Assembly (NCBI GenBank): GCA_963809895.1
Contig: CAWELD010000003.1
Coordinates: 2,528,001-2,592,000 of the forward strand
Source: an uncultured Gemmatimonadales bacterium
Lineage (GTDB): Bacteria > Gemmatimonadota > Gemmatimonadetes > Longimicrobiales > Gaopeijiaceae
DNA: 64,000 bases
Direction of reading: 5' to 3'
Positions 34,105 through 43,800 of the stretch are shown piece after piece; the first letter of the stretch is position 1; each line of letters begins with the position of its first letter. The position numbers and the translations under genes are program-made. The notes below the pieces were generated by a model. That model had not been told where the DNA came from. It worked only from the letters and a program-made list of their open reading frames with translations, and did no database searches.

Positions 34105-36818
34105 GCACGCGCCTTCACCGCTGGGTCGACGGGGCGCTGGGTCTGGCGCTGCTGGCGTTTCCCTCCAGGATCCGGAGGCGCGACGGAGCGTCGCTACGCC
34201 AGGCCGTGAAGGACCAGCTCCACGAGGCCGGCCGCGCCGGCACGGCTGTCTGGCTGAGGGTGCTCGCCGGGGAGTGGCTGGGCCTGCTCCGGGCGGGATT
34301 GGGCATGCGGGTGGGCGCGACGGTGGACGTCATGCGGACGAGGTGGACGACGATGGGGTGGACGACGGAGATCCGGATCGCGATTCGCGGGCTCGTCAGG
34401 AGTCCGGGATTCACGCTGGTGGCGATGCTGACCCTCGCACTGGGGCTGGGTGCCAACGGCGCCGTCTTCGGGCTCGTCCAACGGGTGCTGCTCCGGGATC
34501 CCCCGTACGGCGAGCCGGATCGTCTGATCTTCGTGTGGCGGACCCTCAGCGATCGCGGCGAGCCCATGACGGTCCCCGCCCCGGATGCGGCGGTGGTGGA
34601 GCAGCGGGCCGCCTCTCTGACGGCGACGGCCTTCACCACGCGCACCACCGACGCCACCCTGGCCGCGCCCGAAGCCGACGCCTCGCCCGTCCACGCCCTC
34701 ATGGCGGGGGTGACGCGCGACTTCTTCGGCGTGCTCGGGGTGTCCATGGCACTGGGCCGCTCCGCCCCCGAAGACGAGGTGCCGGGCGACGGCCCGCCGG
34801 CGGTGATCCTGTCGGACCGGGTGTGGCGCGCGGTCTTCGGTGCCGATCCCGACCTGGCCGGGCGCACGGTGCTCCTCAACGATCGACCGGTGACGGTGCT
34901 GGGCGTGGCGCCGCCGGACTTCCGGCTCGAGCTCCCCCCCGGGTCGGGAATCACGCCCGGCGTGGACGTGTGGGTGCCGATCCGCATCCCCCTGTCCGAC
35001 TTCGAGCGCCCCGTCGGCCGCTTCGTGGATCAGGACTCGGACAACACCGGCGCCGTCATCGCCCGGCTCGCCCCGGGCGCCACCCTGGCCCGGGCCCAGG
35101 CCGACGTGGACCGGATCGCGACGGAGCTGCGCGCCGAAGTCCCGAGCTACGCCGAGGCCGGCTTCGGCCTGGTGGCGAGGCCGCTCCATGCCGACGCCAC
35201 CGCGCACGTACGGGGCCTCATGCACGCCCTGCTGGCCGGCGCCGTCGGCGTCTTCCTCGTGGCCTGCCTCGGCCTCGCCACGCTGATCCTGGCCCGGGGC
35301 CTGAGCCGGGGACCGGAGTTGGCGCTGCGCTCCGCCCTGGGAGCCGGCCGCTGGCGTCTCACCCGCACCCTGGTGACCGAAAACGTGCTGGTGGTCCTGG
35401 GGGGCGGCGTGATCGCCCTGCTGGTGGCCGGCTGGAGCGGCGCGGCCCTGACGCGTCTGGTGCCCCCGGGAACCACCGCGTTCGATCTCGACACCACCGC
35501 GCCTTCGCTGGCGTTCGTGCTGGGTGGCACCGCCGCGGCAGTCCTCGTCTTCAGCGCGACGGCGGCCCTGCATGCGCGCCTGATCACCGCCGGCGCCGAC
35601 GTCCGGGGGGCCCTGGCACGCTCGCGGGCCTCGCGAGGGCGGGTCCGCGAAGCGCTGGTCGTCGCCCAGGTGGCGGTGTCCGTGGTACTGGTGCTGGGCG
35701 CGGGTCTCCTCTTCCGCACCGCGCGGGCCCTGGGCGAGGTGGATCCCGGCATCGAGGTCGAGGGAGCGCTGGCGCTGGACCTCTCGGTGCGGGTGGCGGG
35801 AGCCTATTCCGGTCCTGCCGAGCGCGCCCGACTCATCCGCTCCCTGGAGGACGCGGCGCGGGCGCTCCCCGGCGTGCGCCAGGTCGGGGTCACCGGCGGA
35901 CTCCCCCTCTCGGGCCGGCGTTGGAGTCAGCCCTGGGGCCGGCCCGGCGAGGCGCCGTCGCAGTGGACCACCCGGCGCGCGGACTTCCGTACCGTCACCT
36001 CAGGGTACTTCCGCGCCGTGGGCACCCGCCTCCTCGAGGGCCGCACCTTCACGCCCGAGGAGGACCTGAGCGAACGACAGCGCGTCGTGGTGGTGGACCG
36101 CACGCTGGCGCGTCGTCTCGCGCCGGAAGGCTCGGCGGTGGGGCGGGTGATCGGCATCCCCCTCGACGGCGAGGCCGTGGAGGCTCGGGTCGTGGGCGTG
36201 GTGGAGACGGTGCGTCAGCACGACCTGGCGGTACCGGGTGGTGAGGCCGTGTACGTACCCTATCGCCAGGAGGCGTCGCGCGACGTCACGCTGGTGGTGC
36301 GGGCCGCCGGCGATCCCGCCGAGCTCGCGCCGGCGGTGCGGGCCGCCCTCCTGCGCGTCGAGCCCCGGCTGGCCATCCACGACACCCGCACCCTCTCCCA
36401 GTACCTCGACCGACAACTCGCGCCGACCCGCTTCGGCCTGGCCCTCCTGGGCGCCTACGCCGTGCTCGGGCTGTTGGCCGCGACCCTGGGGCTCTACGGG
36501 GTCGTCGCCTGGGAGGTCGGGCGCCGTACCCGCGATCTGGGAATCCGTATGGCGGTGGGCGCCACGGCCGGCCGGATCCGGCGTTCGGTGCTGGCCCGGG
36601 GACTGCGCCTGACGCTCACCGGCCTCACCGCCGGGGTGGCGCTGGCGGCGCTGGCCGCGGGGCTCCTGCGACGGGTGGTGTTTGGCGTCACCGTGGCCGA
36701 TCCAGCCGTGTGGACGGGCGTCGTAGGCACCGTCCTGACGGTCACGCTGGCGGCAGCCTGGATCCCGGCGTGGCGGGCCGGCAGGCTCTCCATCGAGCGG
36801 GTGCTCCGCCCCGATTGA
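34101..36818 (+). CDS. duplicated-domain orphan ABC permease with N-terminal prefix
   Basis: GTGA overlap with padR; LTLALGLGANGAVF, ELALRSALGAGR, RRTRDLGIRMAVGA. Confidence 0.9.
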   Translation: MSTRLHRWVDGALGLALLAFPSRIRRRDGASLRQAVKDQLHEAGRAGTAVWLRVLAGEWLGLLRAGLGMRVGATVDVMRTRWTTMGWTTEIRIAIRGLVRSPGFTLVAMLTLALGLGANGAVFGLVQRVLLRDPPYGEPDRLIFVWRTLSDRGEPMTVPAPDAAVVEQRAASLTATAFTTRTTDATLAAPEADASPVHALMAGVTRDFFGVLGVSMALGRSAPEDEVPGDGPPAVILSDRVWRAVFGADPDLAGRTVLLNDRPVTVLGVAPPDFRLELPPGSGITPGVDVWVPIRIPLSDFERPVGRFVDQDSDNTGAVIARLAPGATLARAQADVDRIATELRAEVPSYAEAGFGLVARPLHADATAHVRGLMHALLAGAVGVFLVACLGLATLILARGLSRGPELALRSALGAGRWRLTRTLVTENVLVVLGGGVIALLVAGWSGAALTRLVPPGTTAFDLDTTAPSLAFVLGGTAAAVLVFSATAALHARLITAGADVRGALARSRASRGRVREALVVAQVAVSVVLVLGAGLLFRTARALGEVDPGIEVEGALALDLSVRVAGAYSGPAERARLIRSLEDAARALPGVRQVGVTGGLPLSGRRWSQPWGRPGEAPSQWTTRRADFRTVTSGYFRAVGTRLLEGRTFTPEEDLSERQRVVVVDRTLARRLAPEGSAVGRVIGIPLDGEAVEARVVGVVETVRQHDLAVPGGEAVYVPYRQEASRDVTLVVRAAGDPAELAPAVRAALLRVEPRLAIHDTRTLSQYLDRQLAPTRFGLALLGAYAVLGLLAATLGLYGVVAWEVGRRTRDLGIRMAVGATAGRIRRSVLARGLRLTLTGLTAGVALAALAAGLLRRVVFGVTVADPAVWTGVVGTVLTVTLAAAWIPAWRAGRLSIERVLRPD

Positions 36819-36887
36819 GTGCGAAACGCCTCTCTTCCTTGCATCCTTAGCGCTCGGTAGCCCTGGGACAGCCACGAGGAGAGGCTC

Positions 36888-38120
36888 TTGTCAGCGAAGA
36901 AGGTCGTTCTCGCATACAGCGGCGGACTCGATACCGCCTGCATTCTGAAAGTCCTGCTGCAGCGCGGATTCGAGGTCGTCGCGTACGTCGCCAACGTCGG
37001 TCAGAAGGAGGACTTCGACGACGTGGCGAGACGCGCCCGCGAGACGGGGGCGTCCAAGGTCTTCGTCGAGGACCTGCGGCGGGAGTTCGTCACCGACTTC
37101 ATCTTCCCGGCCATCGCCGGCAACGCCATCTACGAGAACCGGTACCTGCTGGGCACCTCGTTGGCGCGACCGGTGATCGCGCGCCGGCAGGTCGAGCTCG
37201 CCCTGCAGGAAGGCGCGACGGCGCTGGCCCACGGCGCAACGGGCAAGGGCAACGATCAGGTCCGCTTCGAGCTCGCCTACGCGGCGCTGGCGCCCGGACT
37301 CGAGGTCATCTCACCCTGGAAGGAGAAGGCGTTCCTGGAGCGCTTCCAGGGCCGGAGCGACCTGCTGGCCTTCGCCCGGGAGCACGACCTGCCGGTGGAA
37401 GCCACGGCGGAGAAGCCGTACTCCAGCGACGAGAACCTCATGCACCGGTCGTACGAGGCCGGACTCCTGGAAGACCCGGATCAGACGCCGCCGGAGGACA
37501 TGTTCCGGCTCACGCGCTCCCTCGCGGACGCGCCCGACGAACCCACGCATCTGTCCATCCACTTCAAGGATGCCGACCCGGTGCGGGTGGAGAACACCGA
37601 CGACGGAACCGTGCACACCAACCCGCTGGAGCTCTTCCTCTATCTGAACGAGCTTGGCGGCATGCACGGTATCGGTCGCGTTGATATGGTCGAGAACCGG
37701 TTCGTAGGCATCAAGTCCCGAGGTGTGTACGAGACCCCTGGCGGTACCATCCTCCACCACGCCCTCCGGGACCTCGAAGGCGTGGCCATGGACCGCGAGG
37801 TCCTGCGGCTGAGGGACATGCTGTCACCACGCTTCGCAGAGATCATCTACAACGGCTTCTGGTTCTCGCCGGAGATGGACTTCATCCAGGCCGCCTTCAG
37901 CCAATCGGAGCATCTCATCGACGGTCGGGTCCGCCTCGAGCTCTACAAGGGCAACGTGGTCATCCAGGGGCGGGAATCCACCAGCGCCCTCTACGATCGC
38001 GAGCTCTCCTCCATGGACGTGGCCGGCGGCTACGACCAGGAGGACGCCCGCGGCTTCATCCGCATCAACGCGTTGCGTCTGCGGGCACACAAGCTGATCC
38101 TCCGCAAGGCAGGCGAATGA
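36888..38120 (+). CDS. argG: argininosuccinate synthase
   Basis: TTG start after [48 protein letters not shown]. Confidence 0.97.
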   Translation: MSAKKVVLAYSGGLDTACILKVLLQRGFEVVAYVANVGQKEDFDDVARRARETGASKVFVEDLRREFVTDFIFPAIAGNAIYENRYLLGTSLARPVIARRQVELALQEGATALAHGATGKGNDQVRFELAYAALAPGLEVISPWKEKAFLERFQGRSDLLAFAREHDLPVEATAEKPYSSDENLMHRSYEAGLLEDPDQTPPEDMFRLTRSLADAPDEPTHLSIHFKDADPVRVENTDDGTVHTNPLELFLYLNELGGMHGIGRVDMVENRFVGIKSRGVYETPGGTILHHALRDLEGVAMDREVLRLRDMLSPRFAEIIYNGFWFSPEMDFIQAAFSQSEHLIDGRVRLELYKGNVVIQGRESTSALYDRELSSMDVAGGYDQEDARGFIRINALRLRAHKLILRKAGE

Positions 38121-38130
38121 GAGTCGACCC

Positions 38131-39990
38131 ATGATCCTCCCACTCCTCCTCTCACTCCTCCTGCTGGGAGGCCTTCCCGCCTCCGCCGCGGGCCAGGGCC
38201 GCACCCTGCAGCTGGCGAGCTTCCACGCCGACGTCACCGTCGAAGCCAACGGCGACATCGACGTCACCGAGACGCTGCGGCCCCGCTTCACCGGGTCCTG
38301 GAACGGCATCTTCAGGAACCTCTCGCTGCAGCACCACACCGCCAGGGGGATGCCCCGTCGGCTCGACGTGGAGATGCTCTCCATCACCGACGGCGAGGGC
38401 AACGACCTGCGGGTGGACCGCTCGTCGCCGGACTCGTGGACACGCCGCTTCCAGATCTGGGTGCCCGGGGCCGAGGACGCCACGCGGACGGTGGTCCTCC
38501 ACTACCGCGTGGACAACGCCATCCGCTTCTTCGAGTCGGAGAGCGACCCCGGCGGCGTCCACGACGAGCTCTACTGGAACGTCACCGGCAACGCCTGGGA
38601 GATCCCCATCGACCGGGCCTCGGTCACGGTCACGCTTCCGGAGGGCACGTCGGTCTCGGAGGCCTACGCCTACACGGGCCCCGAGGGTTCGACGGCCCGG
38701 GACGCCGACGTCACCACCGACGGGAACCGCGCCGAAGCCGTCACGCGCAACGCCCTGTCGGCCGGCTCGGGGCTCACCTTCTCCGTGTCGTGGCCACCGG
38801 GCGCCGTCGCGCGGCCGTCCTCGTTCGCCACCACCGCGGAAGAGATCCACCTGTTCTGGCCCGCGATCCTTCCCATTCTCGCGATCCTGCTCATGGTGCG
38901 GCTGTGGATGCGCCGGGGTCGGGATCCCAGGGCACGGGCCATCGTCGTCCAGTACGAGCCGCCGGAGGGCCTGAGCCCTGCGGAGGTGGGTACGTTGGTG
39001 GACCACCGGGCGGAGATCCACGACATCACGTCGATGCTGGTCGACCTGGCCGTGCGCGGCTACATCCGCATCGAGGAGGAGGTCGAAAAGCACTTCTTCG
39101 GCCTCAAGACCGACCGGGACTACGCCTTCGAACGGGTCAAGCCGCGCTCGGAATGGAGCGAGTTGAAGCTCCACGAGCGGCGGTTTCTGACCGCCCTCTT
39201 CGGATCGACCCCCGCGGAGAACAAGGTGCGGGAGATCGGGGTTGGCAAGTTCGTGATGAAGCTCCTGGCGAGCCGCCTGAATCCCGAACAGGCCCTGGAA
39301 GACCTGGACGAGCCAAGCGACGGTGAGCAACCGCCGGAGAGGATCGAGCTCTCCGACCTGGCCGAGAAGTTCTACAAGTCGTTGAGCGGCATCCGGGACG
39401 CCATCTACGATCGGCTGGTGAGCGCAGGCCACTACCTGGAGCGTCCCGACAAGGTGAAGGGCCGCTACACGGCCCTGGCGATCGTCACGGCCATGGCCGG
39501 CGTCGGCGGCTTCGCCCTGCTCCAGAAATCCCCCATCTTCCTGGCCCACCCGGCCTTCCTTCTCGGGGGATTCCTCGGCTCGGCTCTGGCGATCCTGGTG
39601 GTCGGAGTCTTCATGCCGGCACGCACGAAGAAGGGCGCTCGCACCCGGGAGGCGGCCCTGGGCTTCAAGGAGTTCCTGAAGAAGGTCGAAGAGCCCCGCT
39701 ACCGGCGCATGATCAAGTCACCGAAGGACTTCGAGCGCTTCCTGCCCTACGCCATGGCCTTTCAGGTGGAGGAGCGCTGGGCCGAGGCGTTCGAAGACAT
39801 CTACACGGAGCCCCCCACCTGGTACGTGGGCTCCAATCCGGCCCACGGCTTCCACACCCACGACTTCACGTCTCGCCTGAGCTCCATGTCGCACCAGGCC
39901 TCGTCGACCTTCTCGTCGTCCCCGTCGGGCTCCGGGGGCGGGGGCAGCTCCGGCGGGGGCTCGGGAGGCGGGGGCGGCGGGGGCTTCTGA
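38131..39990 (+). CDS. DUF2207 family membrane protein
   Basis: signal peptide, DELYWNVTGNAW, LVDLAVRGY, FERFLPYAMAF, Gly/Ser tail GGGSGGGGGGGF. Confidence 0.9.
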   Translation: MILPLLLSLLLLGGLPASAAGQGRTLQLASFHADVTVEANGDIDVTETLRPRFTGSWNGIFRNLSLQHHTARGMPRRLDVEMLSITDGEGNDLRVDRSSPDSWTRRFQIWVPGAEDATRTVVLHYRVDNAIRFFESESDPGGVHDELYWNVTGNAWEIPIDRASVTVTLPEGTSVSEAYAYTGPEGSTARDADVTTDGNRAEAVTRNALSAGSGLTFSVSWPPGAVARPSSFATTAEEIHLFWPAILPILAILLMVRLWMRRGRDPRARAIVVQYEPPEGLSPAEVGTLVDHRAEIHDITSMLVDLAVRGYIRIEEEVEKHFFGLKTDRDYAFERVKPRSEWSELKLHERRFLTALFGSTPAENKVREIGVGKFVMKLLASRLNPEQALEDLDEPSDGEQPPERIELSDLAEKFYKSLSGIRDAIYDRLVSAGHYLERPDKVKGRYTALAIVTAMAGVGGFALLQKSPIFLAHPAFLLGGFLGSALAILVVGVFMPARTKKGARTREAALGFKEFLKKVEEPRYRRMIKSPKDFERFLPYAMAFQVEERWAEAFEDIYTEPPTWYVGSNPAHGFHTHDFTSRLSSMSHQASSTFSSSPSGSGGGGSSGGGSGGGGGGGF

Positions 39991-40000
39991 CCCGGGGGCC

Positions 40001-42601
40001 TCACTCCCGCAGCGTGCGGGCCGGATCGACCCGCCCGGCCCGCAGCGCGGGGATCAGCGCGGCCAGCGCCGACACGCCCAGCAGCACGCCCGCGATGAGG
40101 CCCATGGCCAGGGGGTCCTGGGGACCCACCCCGAAGAGGAGGGAGCGCAGCACGGGCGTGGCCAACACGGCGGCGCCCACGCCCAGGAGCACCCCCACGG
40201 CCGCCATGGCGAGTCCCCAGCGCGTGATGGACGCGACCACCCCGCCCAGGCGAGCGCCCATGGCCATGCGGATGCCGATCTCCCTGGTCCGCTGGCTCAC
40301 GGTGTACGAGACCACCCCGTAGAGTCCGAAGACAGCCAGGACGAGAGCCGCGATCCCGAACCCGCCCAGCACGCGCGTGGCCAGGAGCTCGGCGGCAAGG
40401 CTCTCCCGTCGGTAGCTCTCCATGGTGCGCACGCGATCCAGGGGAACGTCGGGATCCACGTCAGCGACGATACGACGCACCCGAGGCAGCAGTGACGTCA
40501 CCGCCCCCGGCGCCCGGATCACGAGGCTGAGGCCGAAAACCCGCAGGTGGTGCGGCAGGTAGATCTGTCCCCGCCCCTCGATGCGCACGCCGTAGTGGTG
40601 CACGTGCCCCACCACCCCCACGACACGCACGCGCGGTCCGTCTCCGGTGAACCGCACGGTCCGGCCCAGGGCGCTCTCGCCGGGCCACAAGCGCTCGGCC
40701 AACGTCTGGTCGATGACGGCCACCGGGTCGTCGGGGCCGTCGTCCCGGTCGAACGCCCTGCCGGTGATCACCGGGATACCCATGCTGGCGAAGTACCCGG
40801 GTGTCACGCTGGACTGATCGGTGCGCAGGCCCTCGGAACCCACGGTTTCGAGCCCTTCGCCGGACAGATGCCACTGCCGGTTGTATCCGGTGAGGGGCAA
40901 CGGATCGCCGGCGCCGGCGGACACCACCCCGGGCAGGTCTCGCACGCCCGCCAGCACCTCGTCGTAGAAGCGCGCCCGATCCTCGACCGTCGGGTATCCG
41001 GCACGGGGGAGCGGGACGTACATCGTCAGCACGCCGTCGGTGTCCAGGCCCGTGTCCGCGCCCAGGAGGTTGCCCATGCTCCTCACCATGAGTGCCCCTC
41101 CCAGCAGGAGCACGAAGGACAGCGCGACCTCCACTGCCACCAACCCCTGGCGCAGCCTGCCGCGCCGTCCCCCGCCATCCCCCCGACCACCGGAACGAAG
41201 CTCCCGGGCGGGGTCACCCGCCGCGAGCCGAAGCGCGGGCACCAGTCCCACGATCAGCGCCACCAGCCCCGACACCGCGACCGTGAACAGCAGCACGGCG
41301 CCGTCGACCTCGATCCTCGACACCCGTGGCAGATAGCCCGCTCCCAGCAGCCGGAACGCCCACACCAGGCCGTACGCCAGGCCCACGCCCCCCATCCCCC
41401 CGACCAGCGAGAGCACCAGCGCTTCCACCAGGAAGTGCCGCACCACCCGCGCACGACCCGCTCCCAGCGCGGTGCGCACGGCCGCCTCCCGGCCGCGAGC
41501 CGCGGCCCGGGCGAGAAGCAGGTTGGCGACGTTGGCGCACGCGATGATCAGGACCAGCGCCACCGCGCCCGCGAGCAGGAGAAGCGTGGGTCGCGCAGCG
41601 CCCAGAAACCGCTCGCGCAGCGATCGCACCACGACCCCGGCGTCCTGGTTGGCGTCGGGGTAGTCCCGGGCCAGCTCCGCCGCCACGGCGTCCATATCCG
41701 CCTGGGCCGACTCGAGGCTCTCGCCGTCCCTCAGGCGTCCGATCACGCTGATCCCCGGGTGCGAGGAGCGCGAGGCCCGATCGTTCGCCGTCAGCGTGGT
41801 CAGCGGCGCGACCACCTGGGCATCGTCCAGGGGGAACTCCTGGCCCGGCGGCAGCACGCCGATCACGGTCCAGGGCTCCGCGTCCAGGGTGATGGTCCGC
41901 CCCACCACCGAGGGGTCGCCGCCGAACCGGCGGGTCCAGAGCTCTCCGCTCAGCAGAACGACGTGCTCCTCCCGAGCTTCCTCCTGCGCCGTGAAGAACC
42001 GCCCCAGCGCGGGCTCGACACCGAGCACACGGGCCAGGTTCGCCGACACGAGTCGCACGGACAGCTCCTCGGCGTCCCCGTCACCGGTGAGGGTGAACGA
42101 CCACCCGGTACGGGCACCCAGGTCGCGGAAGACGTGGCTCCGCGCCCGCCAGTCCTGGTAGTTGGGATAGGAGACCGATCTGGTCTCGCCGCCGGCGGCG
42201 CTCTCGTACATGTAGACCAGCTCGCCGTCATCGGGATACGGCAGCGCCTCGAGCAGGATGCCGTGCACGACGCTGAACACGCCGGCGTTGGCCCCGATCC
42301 CCAGAGCGAGCAGGAGCACCACCACCCCGGCGAACCCGGGCCTGGAGCGGATGCCCCGCAAGGCGAGTCGCACGTCCTGTCCCATGCCACCCTGCCAGCG
42401 TCTCTCGTCCCACCACATCCCCGGAAGGTTGCGGGCGAGATCCAGCGTCTCCCGCATCGCCACCCACGCTCGTGCACCCGGCGACGGGGCGTCTCGCAGG
42501 ACCTGGGCGAACCCCGCGCGCAGCTGGTCCCCCACCTCCTCCCGATAGCGCCGAGGGGCGCAACGCAAGAGCAGGCCGTAGACGCGCTCCGCCCAGCTCA
42601 C
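40001..42601 (-). CDS. duplicated-domain orphan ABC permease with N-terminal prefix
   Basis: GTGA overlap with padR; ALGIGANAGVFS, IACANVANLLL, VSQRTREIGIRMAMGA. Confidence 0.92.
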   Translation of the reverse strand: MSWAERVYGLLLRCAPRRYREEVGDQLRAGFAQVLRDAPSPGARAWVAMRETLDLARNLPGMWWDERRWQGGMGQDVRLALRGIRSRPGFAGVVVLLLALGIGANAGVFSVVHGILLEALPYPDDGELVYMYESAAGGETRSVSYPNYQDWRARSHVFRDLGARTGWSFTLTGDGDAEELSVRLVSANLARVLGVEPALGRFFTAQEEAREEHVVLLSGELWTRRFGGDPSVVGRTITLDAEPWTVIGVLPPGQEFPLDDAQVVAPLTTLTANDRASRSSHPGISVIGRLRDGESLESAQADMDAVAAELARDYPDANQDAGVVVRSLRERFLGAARPTLLLLAGAVALVLIIACANVANLLLARAAARGREAAVRTALGAGRARVVRHFLVEALVLSLVGGMGGVGLAYGLVWAFRLLGAGYLPRVSRIEVDGAVLLFTVAVSGLVALIVGLVPALRLAAGDPARELRSGGRGDGGGRRGRLRQGLVAVEVALSFVLLLGGALMVRSMGNLLGADTGLDTDGVLTMYVPLPRAGYPTVEDRARFYDEVLAGVRDLPGVVSAGAGDPLPLTGYNRQWHLSGEGLETVGSEGLRTDQSSVTPGYFASMGIPVITGRAFDRDDGPDDPVAVIDQTLAERLWPGESALGRTVRFTGDGPRVRVVGVVGHVHHYGVRIEGRGQIYLPHHLRVFGLSLVIRAPGAVTSLLPRVRRIVADVDPDVPLDRVRTMESYRRESLAAELLATRVLGGFGIAALVLAVFGLYGVVSYTVSQRTREIGIRMAMGARLGGVVASITRWGLAMAAVGVLLGVGAAVLATPVLRSLLFGVGPQDPLAMGLIAGVLLGVSALAALIPALRAGRVDPARTLRE

Positions 42602-42942
42602 GAGCCACCTCCCGCGGGGGACCGGGCCACGTCCAGCAGGGCCGTCAGCCGCTCGACCTCGGCATCGAGCACGGCGCGTCCCTGGAGCGTCAGCACGTAG
42701 GTCCGGCGCCGCTCGTCCTCCTCGGCAGCCGGGTCGGGAGCCCGCTCGATGAGCGCCTCGCCCTCCAGACGCAGCAGCGCCCGGTAGAGGGTGGCGAGGC
42801 CCGGCACCGCACCTCCCTCGCCACGGTCGCGCGCCTCCTGCAGCAGGGCGTAGCCGTGCCGGGGACCACGCGAGAGGCCCGCCAGCACCTGGAGCTCCAC
42901 GGGCCGGAGTGGAAGGAAGTCCTGGGGATCGGGCCTGGGCAT
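42598..42942 (-). CDS. PadR family transcriptional regulator
   Basis: FLPLRPVELQVL, HGYAL, ATLYRALLRL, ERRRTYVLT. Confidence 0.92.
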   Translation of the reverse strand: MPRPDPQDFLPLRPVELQVLAGLSRGPRHGYALLQEARDRGEGGAVPGLATLYRALLRLEGEALIERAPDPAAEEDERRRTYVLTLQGRAVLDAEVERLTALLDVARSPAGGGS

Positions 42943-42967
42943 GGAATCGCTCCGCTGGAGAGGGCTG

Positions 42968-42999
42968 TTATCGCTACGCAACTACTCGCGTCACGATAA
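42968..42999. promoter_or_regulatory. tandem putative PadR operators
   Basis: TTATCG-N5-CAACTA (42968-42984) and TACTCG-N5-CGATAA (42983-42999), imperfect dyads in an AT-richer patch upstream of padR. Confidence 0.5.
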
Positions 43000-43041
43000 T
43001 AGATGACCGCAGCGGCGCGAAGGTTGGAATCGGACCGGAGA

Positions 43042-43728
43042 TCAGTCCGGCTCGCCCCCGATGCTGATCTTGTAGGGGAACCAGGCGGCGATGGGTTTGC
43101 CGCCCTGCACGGCGGGCTTGAACACCCACTCGGCAGCGTCGCGAATGAGGCGCTTGTTGAGGTCCCGGTCCTTCGTGGGAGGCTCGAGGCGCGTGGAGTC
43201 GGGCACCACCCGGCCGGTGGCGTCCACGAACACCCACACCTGCACGTCGTGGCCCCTCAAGGCCTCGGCGAAGTCCGGGGCGATCATGCCACGCGGCTGG
43301 GGAGGAACCATGCGGTAGAGCCCCTGATCCGACGTCCCCCCGTCACCCTGGCCCGTGCCGTTCTCCAGGCCCGGCCCGTCGAACCCCTCGCCGAATCCCT
43401 TGAGTCCGGTGTCCTCCAGGCGCACGTCCTCGTCGAACTCGATGGGCTCGATGTTGTCGATGGTGGGCAGGGGAACCGGGGGCGGCACGATGGGGAGCGA
43501 GGGCCGCGTGGCTACGTTGATGGCCTGCATGGATCCGGCGGCGGCCCGGTCGTCGCCCGAGCGGGGGCCCGCGGCGGCGAAGGGCGACAGGAGAGGGCCC
43601 CGGGTGCGCCATAGAAGCAGCACCGCGAGGTGGATCGCCAGCGCCACCAGGAACGCACTACGCCACACCTTCCGCTCGCGGCGGCGGCGTTCTTCGTTGC
43701 TCAGCGGTTCCTGAATCTGCGTATCCAT
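43042..43728 (-). CDS. TonB-like energy transducer (N-terminal TM, C-terminal TonB-like domain)
   Basis: VALAIHLAVLL anchor, Pro/Gly linker, VWVFVDATGRV..W.FKPA..GGKPIAAW. Confidence 0.7.
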   Translation of the reverse strand: MDTQIQEPLSNEERRRRERKVWRSAFLVALAIHLAVLLLWRTRGPLLSPFAAAGPRSGDDRAAAGSMQAINVATRPSLPIVPPPVPLPTIDNIEPIEFDEDVRLEDTGLKGFGEGFDGPGLENGTGQGDGGTSDQGLYRMVPPQPRGMIAPDFAEALRGHDVQVWVFVDATGRVVPDSTRLEPPTKDRDLNKRLIRDAAEWVFKPAVQGGKPIAAWFPYKISIGGEPD

Positions 43729-43800
43729 GGTTGCGCCTAGTAGTACTGGCGGGAGCGGCCGATTGTTTCTGCCCCACGGGGGTGAGAGTTTAGGTGCGCC

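Noticed and set aside
39920..39990. G-rich low-complexity tract
   Set aside because: Explained by the Gly/Ser tail typical of DUF2207 proteins
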